Below are positions 62,011-64,000 of a stretch of 64,000 nt of DNA, piece after piece. Source of the DNA: Lama glama (Eukaryota); the NCBI GenBank assembly GCA_028534125.1, contig CM052820.1, positions 3,968,001 to 4,032,000 of the forward strand, given 5' to 3'. A program made the translations under genes and the position numbers. The notes beneath the pieces are model-generated. The model worked only from the letters and a program-made list of their open reading frames with translations, had not been told where the DNA came from and ran no database searches. The first letter of the stretch is position 1; the number at the start of each line of letters is the position of its first letter.

Positions 62011-64000
62011 GCCCCCGGACACAGAGCCCTGACATCTTTCCTGACATTTCTGTAACAGATCATTTTAGAGAAACACTTTAGCAAATGTCTTACAACAACT
62101 GCTTAGTAAAAAGCCAAACCTTCTTCTTTTCCCCACCCTTCCTGATTTCCCCTGAATTCTAGAAGAATGGTACATCATTTAAAGGATCACCAAAGGAACA
62201 CATTTTAAAAAGACGTATGACAAGTGTGAAAGGCTTTTAAAATGGGAAAAAGTCAATGACGGAATATTGGAAAAACTAAAAGTCGCCTGGAAGTAGAGGC
62301 AGAGCTGTACCCAAAATGTCACTGAGACTCATTCTGTAAGAGAAAAATAAACATCTGCTGTGGACCCACCCCCTAGTGTAGACAGAACTGACCTCCTCCG
62401 CCCCATAAAGTCTCTGGGCCCTGGAGCTCCCTGCCCAGTGACCACACCCACCTCCCTCCTGGGGCCACCTCCTCCAGGGAGTCCCCCTCCATCCCTCAAC
62501 AAAAACACAACTAAATTCCAGTGCATGTCAAGGGTTTTAAAGAAGACTTCTGGACCCTCACAAAAGTCACACGGACCCGAGTCCTCCAAGATCCAAACAG
62601 AGGAGCCACTGTATTGATAGCACCACCAGGGCAACCTCAGTTGGACCGACAATGATCCTCATGAAAGTTAACGCTGCCCGGGGGGCTCAGAACACCGCAG
62701 GCAACGGGCGTGTGCATTTTAGACCTGGCCATACTTAGCCCCCGTCCACTTTCGGAGGTGGGTCCCACTACCCCTCTCCTTTCTCTAAATAAAGGGTAGC
62801 GACCTGGAGGGGAGCCACTCAGTCACATGGCAGCGTGGGAGGGGAGGGTGCATATCTGAACCAGGTCAGACTGACTCCCAGATCCCTGCTCCGGACTTAC
62901 AAGCCGGAGAACCAGGAGGAGGAGGCACGGATGTTCGGAGCTGCTTGGCGTGGACCAGCCCCTCCTTCCCTACTCTGGCTTTAGCACAGCGTGTGGGAAG
63001 GTGGCCCACTTCCCAGGTCCTGGCCCTGAGTCCCTCAGCTGCGGTTCTGCAGTGGTCTCTGCACCTGTCTTCGCGTGGCTCTAACTTTATGGCTACAAAA
63101 CAGCATCGCTGTGAAGGGGGGAAGCGCTTTTCAGGCTGTGGCTGGATTCACGTGGGGAAGATCCTCTTTCCGGGGGAGAACCGCTCAGGGAGAGGCAACC
63201 TGGCCTCCAACCTTCTGGAGCCTCTGACTTAAGGCACTTAAATTTAAGCAAGTTTGAAACTGTCGTCTGCAGGCTCCTCACGGGTCCTCTTGACGCAGTT
63301 CTCCACACGAAGAGGGACAGGGATGGCCCATCCATGGTCCATCAGCCTGGATGCAGGACAAGTGCGCGGACATAGACTCAGGACCCATCGTTAAGCCACC
63401 AAGTGGGAAAAAAGGTCAGAAAAGAAACCAAAGCTCAGTGCCCGGGAGGGCAGAGGAGACGGAGGGGCTGGGGTTGCACAAAGACAGAAAAGAGAGATGA
63501 AAGCGTCACTGTGCCCACATGTTGGACACACAGAGCTAAAGCGTTCCCAACGCCCACCCATGACTGTGCGGGGCTTTCCAAGAATAAGGTCGGGGGCGGT
63601 CAAGATAAGAAGTGATTTGTGCTAATCTCAGTCACCCCTGTACTCTGGACCTTCCTTCATGACTGTATTTGGGTGTGGGAGTGGGGAGGTTGCAGTAACT
63701 AAAGGATTGAATTATTCTGAAATGGCCACAATCTGCTCTAAGCCAGGCTGAAGGGAGAAGCAGTGGCTGTGTGGTCCACGGGGAGGAAAAGGAGCCTAGG
63801 GGCCCCCACCTGGGCCCCCTCACACTGGTCAGCCTTGAGCCCGGACAATAAAGTGATGATGAGATGAGACTAAAACCTTTGTGGAAGTTCAGTCCAGACC
63901 TAAAATTCTACCAGGTTAATGCCAGGATTCCTATTGTAGGCTACGGCCACGTGAGTCCTTAGCCGAAAACCTCGATAAAGCAAGTTCACCAGCCTCTGTC

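Larger units (their letters stand above)
1..64000 (-). other. AGAP1: Interior of the AGAP1 gene (intron 1 of the canonical isoform through the intron after the P-loop exon)
   Basis: Two minus-strand exons translate to the AGAP1 GTPase-like-domain sequence in the correct order with compatible phases. Neither the canonical first exon (MNYQQQ...) nor the next exon (GRFKKEIVVDG...) is seen in the window. Confidence 0.92.

Noticed and set aside
1-64000. HACNS1/HAR2 enhancer or AGAP1 intronic lncRNAs known from the human gene
   Set aside because: I cannot recognise them from sequence, and as recalled HACNS1 lies in a more 3' intron than this window covers.

Overview
This is mammalian genomic DNA, very probably from a camelid (alpaca, llama or camel), judged from tRNA-Ala-derived vic-1-type SINEs and artiodactyl L1 3' ends. 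The whole window lies inside the AGAP1 (centaurin-gamma2) gene, transcribed on the minus strand. Two core exons are directly readable: 14030-14088 ([D]AFVNSQEWTLSRSVPELKV) and 7758-7845 ([29 protein letters not shown][G], the P-loop of the GTPase-like domain). The canonical first exon (MNYQQQ...) is not in the window. The most interesting structure is an internal CpG-island promoter (~41.6-43.5 kb) with a large alternative first exon (ATG 42773 to donor 41804, 323 aa). It splices in frame to exon 14030-14088 and carries three motifs matching the PIKE-L (long AGAP2) N-terminus, suggesting a 'PIKE-L-like' long AGAP1 isoform whose leader holds four upstream AUGs. Two frame-preserving microexon candidates, too short for the ORF track, were also found: 12 nt at 7045-7056 (adds DMDA in the switch-I region) and 27 nt at 34562-34588 (adds ASLPRKLTS, with an SRRM4-type UGC acceptor). 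The rest is intronic: SINEs, L1, L2, MIR, MaLR LTRs, DNA-transposon fossils, a CR1/L3 RT fossil, small tandem and inverted repeats, and one 147-nt assembly gap. Almost all other ORFs in the track are GC-content artefacts. Protein and repeat-family assignments come from remembered sequences, not database searches, and repeat boundaries are approximate.
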